Shown here piece after piece: positions 34,847 to 48,520 of a stretch of DNA of 64,000 bases. This stretch comes from Heteronotia binoei. Taxonomy: Eukaryota. Every line of letters begins with the position of its first letter. Positions within the stretch are counted from its first letter, which is position 1. The notes beneath the pieces are model-generated. The model was not told the origin of the DNA, made no database searches, and saw nothing but the letters and a program-made list of their open reading frames with translations. The stretch covers positions 31,682,001 to 31,746,000 of the forward strand of contig NC_083231.1 in the NCBI RefSeq assembly GCF_032191835.1, in the 5' to 3' direction. Made by a program: the position numbers and the translations under genes.

Positions 34847-35873
34847 GAAAGTCTTTACTGGATGATCCACCGTCATTTTAGAATCTGTGTTTCTGAGCTC
34901 ACTGAAAAGTTTTCCACCAATGTGAAGCCAAGCTAGACTGCCAGATTTCATGTTTTAAACTAGAGATTTTTGGCTGAAAGGGAACAAACCTTTTTTTGTG
35001 TACCATAAAATAGGCCCAGATCCAACCACAAAATTTCTCTGTGCAATAATCATTTACAAGAATAGGGCCTATTGGGTGTTCATTTTTTCCTTGGTGGATC
35101 ACTCAGCTGGAGAATGATCAAAAAAGTTTGAAAGTAGAAATGAGGCATTGGCACTCTGACTATATGTCTGCATCTTTCTCTATCTGTAATGCATTGCATC
35201 ATAAAGGCAGCATTCAGACCAGCGACTTGGGACAACAGCCTCCCAGCTCAGAAAAAGGCTGGTTGAGTTTGTGGTGTTCCGAGGTGCTCAGATGGCACAC
35301 ACCCAGAGAGGGACAGGCTGCATGCTCCCCCAGAGGAGCGGTCACACTGCTTGTGTGCTTGGGAGTCGCTTCCCCAGTGCACACCTGCCTTTCAGATGGC
35401 CAGGAAAGGCAACAGAGAGGGCTTCAGAGATTTGCCACCAGTTAGTACCTGGTGCCTTTCTGAAGTGACAGAGAGGCGGCAGATGATGAAGTAAGGATGG
35501 GAGCAAAATGAAGTTCAGATGTGCATGTATAAACACATCATTTTGATCCGGATGTGAGAGGTGCCTGTATCAACTCAAATCGCCCATCTGAATTCAGCCA
35601 GAAAGTTCCTTCCTACTTCTACATGGGCTAATACTACTGTATTAGTCTAACTGCTCAATAATATGGAAAATATATCACTAATACATTATTGTTACAAAAT
35701 CTGGGCCTGTTTTATGGCACACACAAAAAGGTTTGTTTCTTTTCAGCCAAAAATCTCTAGTTTAAAATATGAAATCTGGCAGTTTAGCTTGGTTTCACAT
35801 TGGTGGAAAACTTTTCAGGGAGCTCAGAAACATAGATTCTAAAATGACCGTGGATCATCCAGCAAAGACTTTC
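34847..35873. repeat. Long inverted repeat pair, 175-bp arms at 34847-35021 and 35699-35873, with a 677-bp spacer
   Basis: Manual alignment is ungapped with 12 mismatches in 175 (about 93%). Confidence 0.95.
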
Positions 35874-36419
35874 TAGAAGTGAGGTGAAAAGAGCAGGAAG
35901 TAATTGTTGTATTAATGTGGGATGAGGGAACAAAGTAAATTAAGCACATTTTAACAAGGCAAGCCACTGTGAAAGATTTAGCTGTAATGGTATGGGTGGG
36001 GGGAAACAACTCATTTGTAATAAGGATCATACTGAGTTATTTTAAAGGCAATGATATATTGTATTCAGCACATATAAAATCATATAACTACTGAAGTTTA
36101 AATGAATGTAATTAAATTATTTTTAAAATGGATGATTCATGAAACATTTGGAGGAAAGGTTTATTTTAAAGCTTTTTCTGATTAATTTCTCGAGCATTCC
36201 AACTGATAATATTATATACAAAACCATCATTAATATATCAACCAAGTGGGGGATCTGCAAGGACTCACAGGAGGGGAATGATAGTCCCCATTTCATCTCT
36301 CCTTCTTGCTTTTCCTCTTTGCCTCATTGCCTGCTTTTCCTATTTGTCTGCTCTGCCTGCAGCCTTCCCTTTTCCTTCTCTCCTATCTTCTTCTGTCCCC
36401 CCCTCCAGGACCTTTGGCC

Positions 36420-36626
36420 TAGGTATTCCAACCTCCAGCTAGGGCCTGAAGATCTCCCATAATTACAACTGATATCCAGAAAGCAGTTCCCTTTGAGAAA
36501 ACTTACTATTTTGGAGAGTGTGTTCCATGACATACTATTCTCACTGAGGTCCCTTCCCTTCCCAAACCCCACCTTCTCCAGCCTCCACCCTTCCAGGAAT
36601 TTCCCAACCAAGAATTGAAAACTCTG
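36420..36626. mobile_element. Degraded short TAGGGTTGCCA MITE
   Basis: Homologous to the 31486 copy; TSD CTTTGGCC / TTTTTGCC (6/8). Confidence 0.65.
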
Positions 36627-37146
36627 TTTTTGCCTGCCTTTTTCTGTTCCCTTCATACCTCCTCAGTGTTCTCTGTGTACCTTTTTTGCTCCTCAGAGGT
36701 CTGGCTTGTCCTTCTCTCCAACACTAACTAAATCTTAGAATCCTCAGCAACATTGGTTGGAAGCTGTCTAGAACCCCACTCCCCATGAACTACAGGATCT
36801 CATAAGGTAATCTTGATAATTTTGTTTTCTTGTAGAAGCAGACATTGCTTCTATGATTTTAGGGTTTTTTCCCCTAACCCTAGTTTTAAACATTTCATAT
36901 TTGATCCGCACTAAGAAGCCATTGTTCAGAATTAGATATGAGGATACTGTTGTGGCAGTTGTCTAGCCATTCTTTTGTTAGGATAATAACACAGAATGGT
37001 GAACTGATGCTTCCTCAATGGGTGGCCATCACATTTACTGCATGCCTTTTAAATGCCTTCCCTCCATTTGGAAATAATGGATTGAGGCACCTATCCTTCC
37101 GGGTCGCAAAGAGTCAGACTCAGCTGTGTGACTGAACAATAACAAA

Positions 37147-37463
37147 AGGGGACTTTCTTTGAGAGTCATAGAATGGGACCCCTGGTTTAATCTTTTTGAA
37201 ATTTGGGAGGTGTTTTGCGAAGCACCAGGTGCTATACTGAAAATTTGGTGCCTCTACATCAAAAAACAGGGGCCCCCACAGAGCCTCAGATACCCATGGA
37301 TCAATTATCCATTATACCCTATCGGAATTGGTCTCTATAGGGTATAATGAAGTGCCTAGCAGACATTTCCTTCCCCTCTCCCCACTTTCTGATAACCTTG
37401 AAGCAGCAGGAGGGCTTCCAAACCAGGGGATCCCCTGCCCCCAACTAAGGATCGGTAACCCTA
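37147..37463. mobile_element. Partial TAGGGTTGCCA MITE (reverse of the 18807 type)
   Basis: Reverse complement of about 18807-19130; one TIR (GGTAACCCTA); flanked by a Bov-B/Sauria tail piece (about 37100-37146) and a 5S-SINE tail half (37464-37575). Confidence 0.8.
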
Positions 37464-38951
37464 ACCAGGGTTGTGACATGCAGGCAGGCCAATGACAAAC
37501 CACCTCTGAATGTTCCTTGCCTTGACAACCCTATGAGGTCACCATAAGTCAGCTGTAACTTGCCCGTAAAAACAATAATAACAAATACAACAATTACAAT
37601 GCTGGTACATTTGTAGGACTTTGACTATCAAATACTAAGTAATATTATTCAATGAATGGTTCCATTTGCTAGAAGTATAGAAGGCTGGGATCTGTGTTTG
37701 AACAGTTGGCCTGTTGCTGAAAGAATCATATATCATGATAGGTGTAAAGTGATCCTTCACGCATTTTTAGAGTTGTACTGCACCTGTTGCCATTTCTTGG
37801 TAGGAAATATAGTATTTCATTACCAAGATTACTTTGGCTGCTAGCCCAGACTAATACCTGATCCTTATGGGCTCTAAATAGTTCTTGTCAAATATGTGGT
37901 TCTAGCAATTAGCAAGGTCTTGGACCCTGCCAGAGCTTCTTCGCTAGCACAGGTCAAATACTGGGGGAAGACAGGAACAATGAGGAAGGCTGCCAATGCT
38001 CTCGAACAAGTTAAAATGTTTAAACTTCAGGACTCTAAAACTGAAATGATATGGTTCCATATGCACAATTACTTTTCAGGAGATTGTTCTGTTCTTTAAA
38101 TTAAAACATTGTAAAATTTAACAATGTATTTGTAAATACAGCAGTTTCATAATAAGCAATGTTTGTTGTAAATTTCACCATGTCACTATGGGAAGAATGA
38201 CTGCATTTCAAAAGGCAAAGCACCCTTAAGAGCTTGAAGAAGTTTCACAGGAGAAGTTTCTCCCAGCACAGTGATGGAGTGATTGAAAAGCCACACTGAA
38301 AGCCAATGGGAATATAGTGGAAGGGGTGGGGGTGTGGGTGGGATAGACTAGGGTAAAGTAGGTTCCCATATCCTTTTAGCCATGAAACTACAGTGTGATC
38401 TTGGATAATTTGCTTCTATCTCTATACTTTAGGAACAACAGATGCAATCAAAACATCTGTTTGAGTCAGGGTATTGCTGTTTTTCATGGCTTTGTCTTGA
38501 GAAAACCATGCACTCCAAACATCCTGATTTAATCCATTAACACACATACATATGCACATATCAGTACTGTAGAAGCTTCAAGACACACACACACACACAC
38601 TCTCTCTCTCTGCTCCTTTATACCTAAAGATAATAAAGTGACACATTAGAAGTAGTCTTCCAGTGTGAAATTTACCTCTATATTGGATATATATATCATC
38701 GTGGTGCAAAAAGGCTACAATATTTACGCTCTTACTTAAGCATGCAAAGAAACAACACAAAATGTATTATTTTAATGAAATTGCTGATTCCCTCGCCCCT
38801 CAAATTTTGAGAGGGGAAGGTGTTATCATTCTCTAAACCCTATTTTCAAGGCCTAACTATACAATTCACTTTTTTCAGGATATGTCCCAGAATTCCTGCA
38901 CTTCCCAGGTGCATGTAGACCTGATTCCTATTGGGACCACAAGATGTAACG

Positions 38952-39228
38952 AAAGAAGAAGATGATGATGATATTGGATTTATATCCCACCCTATACCCT
39001 GAATCTCAGAGTCTCAGAGCGGTCACAATCTCCTTTATCTTCCCCTCCCCCACAACAGACACCTTTTGAGGTAGGTGGGGCTGAGAGAGCTTTTACAGCA
39101 GTTGCCCTTTCAAGAGCTATGACTGACCCAAGACTATTCCAGCAGCTGCAAGTGGAGGAGTGGGGAATCAAACCCAGTTCTCCCAGATAAGAGTCCACAC
39201 ACTTAACCACTACACCAAACTGGCTCTC
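38952..39228 (-). mobile_element. tRNA-derived SINE (Squam3-like), full length
   Basis: Complete head (GAGAGCCAGTTTGGTGTAGTGG) through to the (TCA/TCT)n tail on the minus strand. Confidence 0.92.
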
Positions 39229-39847
39229 AGGGAACTTCAGCCTTCTCTCCCCCCCCCCCCCCCCTGTCATTTTCTTAGCTTGAAAGAGCCCTGGGGAGCT
39301 GCTGCTTGCCCTGCTCAGGAGATTTAGTGCATGGAGATGGGCTCCATGTTCAGTTTCCTCGATGACAAGCAAATACATCCTGTAAATTGATTGGTGGAGA
39401 TGGTGGGATGAGATGAAGAAGTTTGCTTGATGTTCATTCTGTATTATGAATTTGAAGTACACATTGCCATCAACAAGGGGGTCCCTATAAACATTCAGAA
39501 TCCTTGTATTGATGATCTCATAATCCCTGCCAATTGGCCCGCTTACTAGAACAGTAATTAGTAATTATTGGGGAGCTTTACATCCAGATCAGTAGGTTGC
39601 CAGTAGGGCACACACATTATGGCTGCTGTATGGAGGCCTGAACACAGGGATGGGTAAAGCAGCTCTCACATTTTCATGTAATAATTGTTCCCACTGCTAA
39701 ACGCCATGTATGGTTCTGCCACAGCAAAATCTAGTGCTGAATTCAGCATGGGATGAAATACAACAGCAACTTTTCTTCCATGTGATGTCTCACAGCCCTT
39801 GGCAAGCTGCTTGTAAGCAGTGACTCATTACATGAATATGGGAGGAG

Positions 39848-40292
39848 CAAGCCTCATTTTAGGCAGGAGCTCACAGGAGTGGAGCTCTGGAACCTCTAAA
39901 TTTTATTGTGCAATTTCTTTCTCTCCACCTCCCCCACCCCCCAAATACTTGCTTCTGGGCTCCATTGTTCAAAACCCCTATGAGAATTTTGCTGAACTCT
40001 AAGATTTGACAAACTTTCTAATATTCCCCCCCCCACAAAAAATGGGAAAATAACCAAAACATATAAAGCAGACAGATGGAAATCTTCACCATGCCACTGT
40101 GGCCACATAGGAGAAAGTAATTTAAGAAGTATGATGGGAGGTAAGGTTTTATTATGACAATTATAATTCAAGAAGCATCTTAAGGTAGATGCTGAGCTGA
40201 TATAATTTAGTACACCTTCCAGTGATGTCAGGGGTGTGTGGCATATTGTGCTAATGAACTCTGGTACCTCTTTTTCTACAATATGACCACTG
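39848..40292. mobile_element. hAT MITE (CAGGGCTCATTTT-type)
   Basis: CAAGCCTCATTTT / AATATGACCACTG ends; TSD GGGAGGAG / GGGAGGTA (6/8). Confidence 0.6.
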
Positions 40293-40911
40293 GGGAGGTA
40301 TTTCTTATACTATCCCTACCAATGACCAATGATGGAGAAAAGAGTTGGTTGGTGGGCTGTTGCTGCACACAAAGGGCTTACTGTGATAACAATTTCTCTA
40401 TGAAAAGAGTCCTTCTGCCTGTGAATGTTTTCCAATATGTTATACATCTTACAGCAACATCAGCAGTGTGAAGAGTAGCCAACCAAGGGCTGGATTTAGG
40501 CGTTGTATTCTGACAATGATGATTCATTTGGGAGTGATCTTACTTTATGGCGCATGTTAATGTTCATTTCTGAAACATCATTAACAGATCGGTTTACAGT
40601 GACAGTTGAGTCAATGATTCTTGCTTTCTTTCCTCAGAGCTGTTCAGACTTTTGAACTTGGGCAGCAATGTATGCATTCATTGCTGTTAAGGCTGCATAG
40701 GTTGCTTTCTCAGTTCCTTCAGAAACTGAATGAGGGATGGAGTATGATTGGAAGGATTGATAATTGCCCATTCCATAGGGAGGATGGATTGGCAGCATTT
40801 ATAAGGAAGGGCTAGTCACCACATGCATGTAGGTAAAGCCGGTGAACACAAGTGTACAAACACAATCAGCTTTCAGAGTGAGGCAGGGAGCAAGGCTGTA
40901 GCATTTGAAAA

Positions 40912-41258
40912 TAGGGACAAGCACAAATTGGCTAATGAGCTAAAGTTTGTAATTAATTTTGGCTGGTTCGTGGTTCACAAAGCAATGTTTGCTAACTGAA
41001 GTACCACCATGAATTTTCATGACTTTTGAAGCAGTTCACGGTGGTTCATAAAGAGCAGAAAGCAGAGGTTCTAATCATGAAAAACAGCTGAGTGGGAGCT
41101 TCCAGCCATTTAAACCACTGCTTTCTGCTCCCTGCATTTTTTTGCAGGGAGCAGAAAGCAGGGATTTAAACTTTAAATGGCTCACAGACCAATACAAACC
41201 AGTTCTGTTTGCTGAACCACAAACCAAACTGCAAAAATGTGGTTCGTGCCCATCCCTT
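40912..41258. mobile_element. hAT MITE (TAGGGATGGGCACGAAC-type) with internal hairpin
   Basis: TAGGGACAAGCACAA / TTCGTGCCCATCCCT ends; perfect 19-bp stem at 41118-41136 and 41143-41161 with a T6 loop. Confidence 0.7.
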
Positions 41259-41581
41259 TTGAGAGATGAGCCGGGCAGCTTTCTCTGGAAAGATTGAGAC
41301 AACCAAGAAGGTATATCTTCTGTAAGTTTATTTTTTCTGATTGAGTTCATTGTCTGGATGGGATCTGGATAATGTGAAACCCTTCTCAATTTCCTGGGAA
41401 GTCATGATAGCACGTTTGGATCATACCCTAAACTGTACTAGTACAAGGAAATGGCTTAATGTGTTAGGAAGATCTGTGGATCTCTTCTGAATGGTAATGT
41501 GATTTGTATACTGAAAAAAATGTTATATAAAGAATTATTGTAACAGCAAATGGAAGCCTGAAGTAATTATTGAGCCCAAAC

Positions 41582-41832
41582 TGTGGGTGTGTTAAGTGCC
41601 ATCAAGTCATTTCCAACTCATGGCAATCCTATGAATGAGTGGCCTTCAAAATGTCCTATTGTTAACAACCTTGCTCAGATCTTACAAACTGAGGACTGTG
41701 GCTTCCTTTGTCGACTGAATCCATCTCATTTTGGATCTTCCTCTTTTCCTGCTGCCTTCAGCTTTTCCTAGTGTTATTGTCTTTTGCTGTGACTCTTGTC
41801 ATCTCATAATGAGCCCAAACTATTGGTGCCTC
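41582..41832 (-). mobile_element. RTE/Bov-B LINE 3' fragment
   Basis: Reverse complement of the 3' end of the 12880-13290 copy. Confidence 0.9.
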
Positions 41833-42332
41833 ATATACAAAGCTGGACTCCAGGAAATCTGAGTACCTCAAAGTTTTTCAAGCTTTGGGTTGTCCAAAGC
41901 ATCAGAAATCCAAAAACCAAAAGGCTGTAGCAAGTTATTTCCCTGTGTACTGAAATAACATTGGCACTGCATTCCACATTGTGAGTATTTAAATACACAT
42001 TATTTCAGTATCTGAGCCACTTCATGCAGTAACAATTAGTCTTGTTAGTGGATGCAAGGTGCTGAACTGACAGTGACCAAAATAGTTTATTCAAAGGCCA
42101 CCTTGTGCCAGCAGACTAGACCTGTGTCTCTGTTATAGACCAGCATTTCTCAGTCAATTCCTAAGGGATCGCCTCAAGCAGAGAAAGAATTCTGTAGTCT
42201 CCCTGTCTATTTAGTTGAGGGCTGACATTGCTAACAAGGGAGCCGATTAGGGTCTGTGCAGTATTGACAGTTGTTAACCATGGTTGATTTCTGATTTTTT
42301 CCACAGCTACATTTACTGGGAAAGATGATTAC

Positions 42333-42413
42333 AATAATAATAATAACAACAACAACAATAATAATTTTTTAATTTATATCCTGCCCTCCCCGCCGAAGCA
42401 GGCTCACGGCAGA
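42333..42413 (-). mobile_element. L2 tail remnant with (AAT/AAC)n
   Basis: TTTATATCCTGCCCTCCCC...GGCTCA. Confidence 0.7.
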
Positions 42414-43375
42414 TAATATGAGAGGATTACTTATATAACATCTGCAATGAGGGGATTGCTTATATAACATCTGCAAACCATGTAAAACCCTCTATGAAAC
42501 CAGAACACTGTAAAACCATCTATGAACTTCCCACTGTTCATTTTTTTTCCCTCACAGTTTGATTCTAAAACATTAGTTGATTTTCAGCATCTATTTCTTT
42601 GTGTCCTGGTTCTATGAAGTAATTGAGGATGCAGATAGAATGATGACACATGCCTATTAATCATGCTCAACAGAATATGCAGGCTCCATATTGTTGATCA
42701 AATGAATGCTAATGAGAATTGAAGGCATTTCCCCATTTTTTTGAAAACTGACAGCATTAATAGCCAGCTATTGTAGTTCATAAGAGATGAAACATTCTCT
42801 GATCAATCAATGTCAATATCTAAGTTGAACCCATTTGCCACTGTTTATTAACAACATGGTGACTTTTCTTCTTAGAGTGTTTTGAAAACCTTGGTTGCAT
42901 CTCTGAAATTGTAGCTTTCAATGGACATTTTCTTTTTATGCTGAACAGTGAGATTGCTTGAGATGCAGCACATCTTGTGTGTGACAATGTGATTATAGTG
43001 TAGGTTAATCCTACAGTGAGGGCAAAATGTGTACCATTTTGAAGAACTTTAAAGCTTCACTTCTGGGAGCTTGATGCCTAATGACCTCAAATTCAACATT
43101 CAGATTTTAGAAACGAAATTTTTGCATCAAAATCCATTTGGGTTAAATAAATGAATGAAGTTAATATAGCATTTACTAAATTCTGTTGCAAGTCATCTAT
43201 CACAACAAATATTGACTGCTGTTGCTTCTGCTGTCAAATAGCAAATTGTCTCATATCAGAAGCAACTACTGGAAGCTCTTCATATGTCAAATGCTGATGG
43301 TGAATATCCACACATCTAAGAGTATTCAGACAGTGTTGTGGAAACCTTTGAGGATGAAATCATTTCAATTCTAGT

Positions 43376-43492
43376 CAGAGCTTTCTTTGAGCAGGAATGC
43401 ACAGAACACAGTTCCAGATGGCTTCGCATCAGAGGGTGTGGCCTAATATGCAAATGAGTCCCTGCTGGGCTTATTCTACAAAAAAAGCCCTG
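43376..43492. mobile_element. hAT MITE (CAGGGCTTTTTTT TIR)
   Basis: CAGAGCTTTCTTT / AAAAAAAGCCCTG ends; TSD ATTCTAGT / ACTCTAGT (7/8). Confidence 0.85.
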
Positions 43493-43752
43493 ACTCTAGT
43501 TAATCCATCATTTTTATATAAGAAAATTATTGACGTGTTTAGACTTTGCAGCAGACAAACTTCTCTGCATTTTAGTTGGGTTGGTGGGTTTCATGTGTAC
43601 ACTGATCTGCAGTGAATGTTTCAAATTGCAATTATTTTAATTACAGTGATAAAATGCATGTCATTAAGAAGGGATCATAAAAGAGAACTTTTTTTAAAGA
43701 GGTAACACTTCCGCCTGTTTTTTGACATTTAATTAAAATTTATATCACAATA

Positions 43753-44590
43753 TGTTGCTTATTGCCCCCCCCCCCAAGTCGGAATGAAGAGTCAGACACA
43801 AGGTATTGGTAAAACTAAGGGCCACTTTATTAAGTATAATATTAAATGGCAAGGGCAACAAGAACTGTGGCCTGGTCAGGGCCAGGGGTCTCAACAGACC
43901 GCTCCCCTGCCATTAGCGGGCGAGAGACCCAACCCCCCCCCCCCAGCTTGAGCTGTGTGGCACAGCTCCGCCAGGCCGGCCCAGCAAGGAGGCAAACCCC
44001 AGAGGGCCCAACCACCAGACAGTCATCTCAATGGAAGGCACTCTCTAGTTGAGCCTCCAGGACGGTCTGCATTCTCACACCCCAGGTCATCAAACCCTAA
44101 GGTTGATCCTGCCAGACCCCTAACTTCCCAAAAGGGGGGATGCTTTCTGGTCCTCAACTAGCTGCATAGAACCATAAACCCATTGACAACCTGCCAGACT
44201 AAAGTGACCAACCTATTTAACAGCACCTCCCTATAGCCAAATCCACAATCCACTGACCTGCTATGTAGGGTAGGTGAAAAAAACACCCCAGCAAACTGCC
44301 AATAAGCTGGGGAGCAAAAAATTCCTACCCGTCCCCCCAAATCATGAGGCGACCAGCACTTGCCTACATAACAAACAGGGCTGGAGGGAGGGCCGATCTC
44401 AGCCTGGAGACTGAGGTAAGGGGCAGATGGTGCTGCTGCTATCACAGCAAGCCCCGCCCCTTCAAAAGCATGCCCAAAATGAGCTGCAAAAGTCCTCCCT
44501 TTCCTCCCAGGGAGGCAAAGACATTTCAGCAGCCTAGCAGTGTGCTGCTGGCTGCTAGAAACGAATTATCTAAGCATTGATGGGAAACAT
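43753..44590 (-). mobile_element. LTR-like segment
   Basis: GC- and CpG-rich island with minus-strand AATAAA (43826-43831) followed by a U5-like region ending G11-CAATAAGCAACA; no TSD found; right boundary uncertain. Confidence 0.45.
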
Positions 44591-44803
44591 ATCTAGTTTA
44601 CATGCCAAAGCATGGAGTCATCCCACCTTTTCCCACAAGTGTAATTCAAGACATGGTATTTTTCCTAGACCTAAAAATTGTAGCGGCTGCCATTATTAAA
44701 AGCAAAAAACATTGAGAAGAAATACATAGTAGTTCCATACAAAACATTGTTCAAAGATGTTGATGAGCATTTTGAAAATATTTGTTGAAACCTTGGTTAT
44801 AAG

Positions 44804-45000
44804 CAGGGCTTTTTTTGAGCAGGAACACACAGGAATGCAGTTCCAGCTGGCTTGGCATCGGGGATGTAGCCTAATATGCAAATGAGTTATTGCTGGGCTT
44901 TTTCTACAAAAAAAGCCCTGTGTGAAACAATGGTGATGTCAGGGGTGTGGCCTAATATGCAAATGAGTTCCTGCTGGGCTGGTTCTATGCAAAACCACCA
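44804..45000. mobile_element. CAGGGCTTTTTTT hAT MITE plus a partial second unit
   Basis: Complete unit at 44804-44920, then GATGTCAGGGGTGTGGCCTAATATGC repeated and cut by an L2-like tail with (GTTT)n at about 45005-45090. Confidence 0.8.
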
Positions 45001-47373
45001 TGTAGTTTGTTTGTTTGTTTGTTTGTTTGAGCCATTTATATCCCACTTCGCTGCCATTCTGTTGAAGGCAGACTTCAAAATGGCACTGGCCAGATAATAC
45101 AAACAACAGAAAAGGAACAGGGGATGGAAAGGGAAGAGGAAAACCAGCTGTATTCTCACACAAGTTTTTTGCCACACCATCTCATAAGCTGAACAAATGT
45201 GCAAATGGCTGTTCAGACACTAAGGGATATAAACTCCATGAAGGGATGCAATAGTGACCAAAATATATAAGTGCAAAAACTTCTAGTGTATTGTAACTGA
45301 AGTAAATATTTGACAATATCCTTGGTACCATATGGATTAGTTATGTAGCACAATGGTTAAGAGAGGCACCAGTTTGCATTAATTATATTTACTTTCAAAA
45401 GAAATGGTTAGCCATCAGGGAAACGACAGTCCCATCATGACCACATACTTTTTGAAGTAACACCTTCCCCCCGTTATTTATATTCCAGTATCTACTCCAG
45501 AGTATAAAACATATTGTATAAAGTAGCCCTTGGAGAGACATCTCATAGCAGAAAAATTGTGTTTTCAATCACAGCTGACTTTTTTCTTGGAATTGTGGTG
45601 TGATGAATAAACATTAAGTAATCTGTAATACAATTTTGTGTAGAAACAGTATTTGTCAGCAGAGAAATACTATTTATTGTAACATCCAGTAGACTGGATT
45701 ATCATGCAGTAATGAGTATTTGGTGTACAATGTATAGATGTTTCATGAAGAGAAAGTTTGCCAAGTATACAAATATATTTCTTTGAGGAAAATTTTAATT
45801 TGATATTTAGATATATGCTGAAAAGAGCTTCAAAACTTTTTTTATGAATAGTTATTCAAAGCAAATAAGTCACTGATAACCACATTTTTAAAGGGCCCAA
45901 GTCAATGTAATGCTATCCAACAATTAATCATACAAAGAAGCCATGATGGGGTCAAGGAAGTAAATTAATTTGCTGCATTTCAGTAGCGAAAGGTCACTGG
46001 CCCTTCCTGTTTTTGAGAATAGCTACACATATAAATAGTAACATGCAAGGAAACCATATTGTGTTTCTGCCATCAAATATTCTAATCCTTTGTTCTTTAC
46101 AAAATGCTAAACAGAATGTGGTTGATGAAGAAAATGTAGCAATGAGGCATTTATCCCTCATATGAAATAATTTCACTCCCATCTGGCTCTCCTACCTCTT
46201 GCCCAAATTGTCCACAACATGGTTCTCACCAGCTGTCTTTCTAGGATTTGTTCATATATACAGCATTTATGGGCATTCCTACATTGCTGCCCTCGGAGCA
46301 ATTCAGCCATTCAATCTTGTACTTCCATTTCATCACCAAATGACTGCCTTGAACAGTATACACAAAGCACCACTGGGCAGGAGCCACATTCCCTTCAACT
46401 CTGTTGGTGAGTCTAAATGATTTAACAGGGCTGGGTCTTTCTGTTTAGGACTTCGGTAGTGGCTTTATAATAGTTCTCAGTTTTTGGTTGCCCAAGACAT
46501 TTGGGCACCTGATGTGGAAAATTCAAACAGTGAGGCCCAGGTAGTTAATAAACTGAATCAGACCTAATGAACTGTAAATAGAACAAGCTTATTCCCCCAC
46601 TCCACCCCTTTGCAGTCCTAAAAAGCTGCTGCTGAAAGTTGGGAGACTCTCAGGATCAGCATGGGATGCAGCATGGGGGCTTGGAGGGAAAATGTTCACA
46701 AATGATCACACCATCTCAGCTTGTTCAGAATTTGTTCAGCAGAGCAATAGGCTGTGTAAGTTGGTGTCTTATATCGTTTCTACCTTCATGCTGCAATCCC
46801 TTGCACTGCATTCTACTCATTTCCCAATTATCTCCTTAAGGAAAAACTAAAGGAGATCCATAAGGGACAACTTAGGACAGTGCAGGGGGACTGATCCATT
46901 ATGTGAACTCATGTCACTTCATGGTTTGTTGGGTCCAATTAACTGACAGTGGACTGAAGCCAGACTAATGTTGCCATGTATGCAAGGATTTTCACCCATA
47001 GAACATGATTTTCCTGTCCTCCCCCTCTCCCAGTAGCCCAAAATGCCCCCATACGTTATTTCTGAGGGAGAGGGAACCACTGAGAACACAGTTTTGATTG
47101 GGCTGCCAGAAAAAAGAAGAGGCAGAAAGATCATGCTCTGTAGAAATGCTTGTTCCCACAGAAATGCTTGTTCCCACAGAAACGTCTTGTCTGCCTCCAA
47201 GCCACCAAGTAACAGTTTGAAGGCTCAGATCAGCCACTTGGGGTCACCCAATGGCAGAGCTTTTCCTAATACAGCCGCTTCCTTTCAAAAATACTAACAA
47301 TTCCATACAGAGCATAGTTACACTCTTTTAAGCCCATTGCATTCAGTGGATTTAGGAGGGTGCAATTCTGCTT

Positions 47374-47590
47374 TGGTGGTGGTGGAGAGCACCATCAAGT
47401 TGCAGCTAATTTATGATGACTCCATAGTTTTTTCAAGAGAAAGAGATTATTAGAAGTGGTTTGCCAGTGCCTGCCTCTGCACAGCAGCCCTCGACTTCCT
47501 CGGTGGTCTCCCATCCAAGTACTAACCAAGGCAAAACATGGTTAGCTTCTGAGATTTGATGATGTTGTGCTAGCCTGGGCCATCCAGGTA
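47374..47590 (-). mobile_element. 5S rRNA-derived SINE with Bov-B tail
   Basis: 5S head and tail on the minus strand; flanking direct repeat AATTCTGCTT (47364-47373, 47596-47605). Confidence 0.85.
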
Positions 47591-48302
47591 AGGGTAATTC
47601 TGCTTAGGTCTGTGGTATAAACTGCTTTGTGTTGTGAACATCTTTACTTCCTCTGAAGAGTTATGTTGTAGATTTTCAGGTCTTTGTTTCAAGAAGCTTT
47701 CAGATAAATGAACTTGAAGCACATTACCTATATTTGCTTGTAGGTGGGATATTCTTGAGAAATCTCAAACCTGCAGTGCATTACTAAGAAGTCAATGCTC
47801 AAATTACAGGGGAGGGAAAAGCTCAGCGATATTAAATGGGAGCAACATATGAATTTAACTTCTTAGCCCTAGCGGTAATTCAATTGAATTTAAATATCAC
47901 CCTTTTTTTAAAAAGGTAATCCTGAAATGATATATTTAAATAGTACAAATGGCTACAAGATAGATCAAATAAAAAAGCTTTCAACTGAGATTACGATCAT
48001 CATTGCTACGACAGCACACTGTGTGGGGAATTTCAGATGACTCCTAAAGAAATCCAGTGTCCGCTGAGACTGCACAATCTATAAAAAGTCATGCTGAGTT
48101 TATCAAAAGGGCTGTGAGTTTATGAACAGGAGTCCAGTAGTAAATTAGATGAAAGTGCTGCAGAGACCACACCTTAATGTAAAGTGTCAAACAGGGTTTT
48201 GAAAAAGACCATTTCTAGATACATTTGCTATAATCCAGACATCTTCACGTGTCCCACTATGCATACAGAACCATTGCCATAGGAATAAGATGGCTGACTC
48301 TT

Positions 48303-48520
48303 CTCTCAGTTTGATGTATAGTTAAGAGCAGCAGATTCTAATCTGGAGAACCTGGTTTGATTCCTCACTCCTCCACATGCAGCCAGCTGAGTGACTTTGG
48401 GCCAGTCACAGTTCTCAGAGCTGTTCATTCTCCCAGCCACACCTACTTTACAGGGTGTCTGTTATGGGTAGAGGAAGGAAAGGAGACTGTAAACTGCTCT
48501 GAGACTCAGAGATTCCCAGA
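48303..48520 (+). mobile_element. tRNA-derived SINE, degraded
   Basis: GGTTTGATTCCTCACTCCTCCAC...CAGGGTGTCTGTT...CTCTGAGACTC. Confidence 0.8.

Noticed and set aside
40621-40815. Exon-like ORF after a strong polypyrimidine acceptor (AVQTFELGQQCMHSLL...)
   Set aside because: Weak donor, unrecognised peptide, and joining it to the upstream candidate exon would create a TGA.
43250-43375. Protein-like peptide KQLLEALHMSNADGEYPHI*EYSDSVVETFEDEIISIL
   Set aside because: In-frame stop, no recognisable family and no supporting partner exons.
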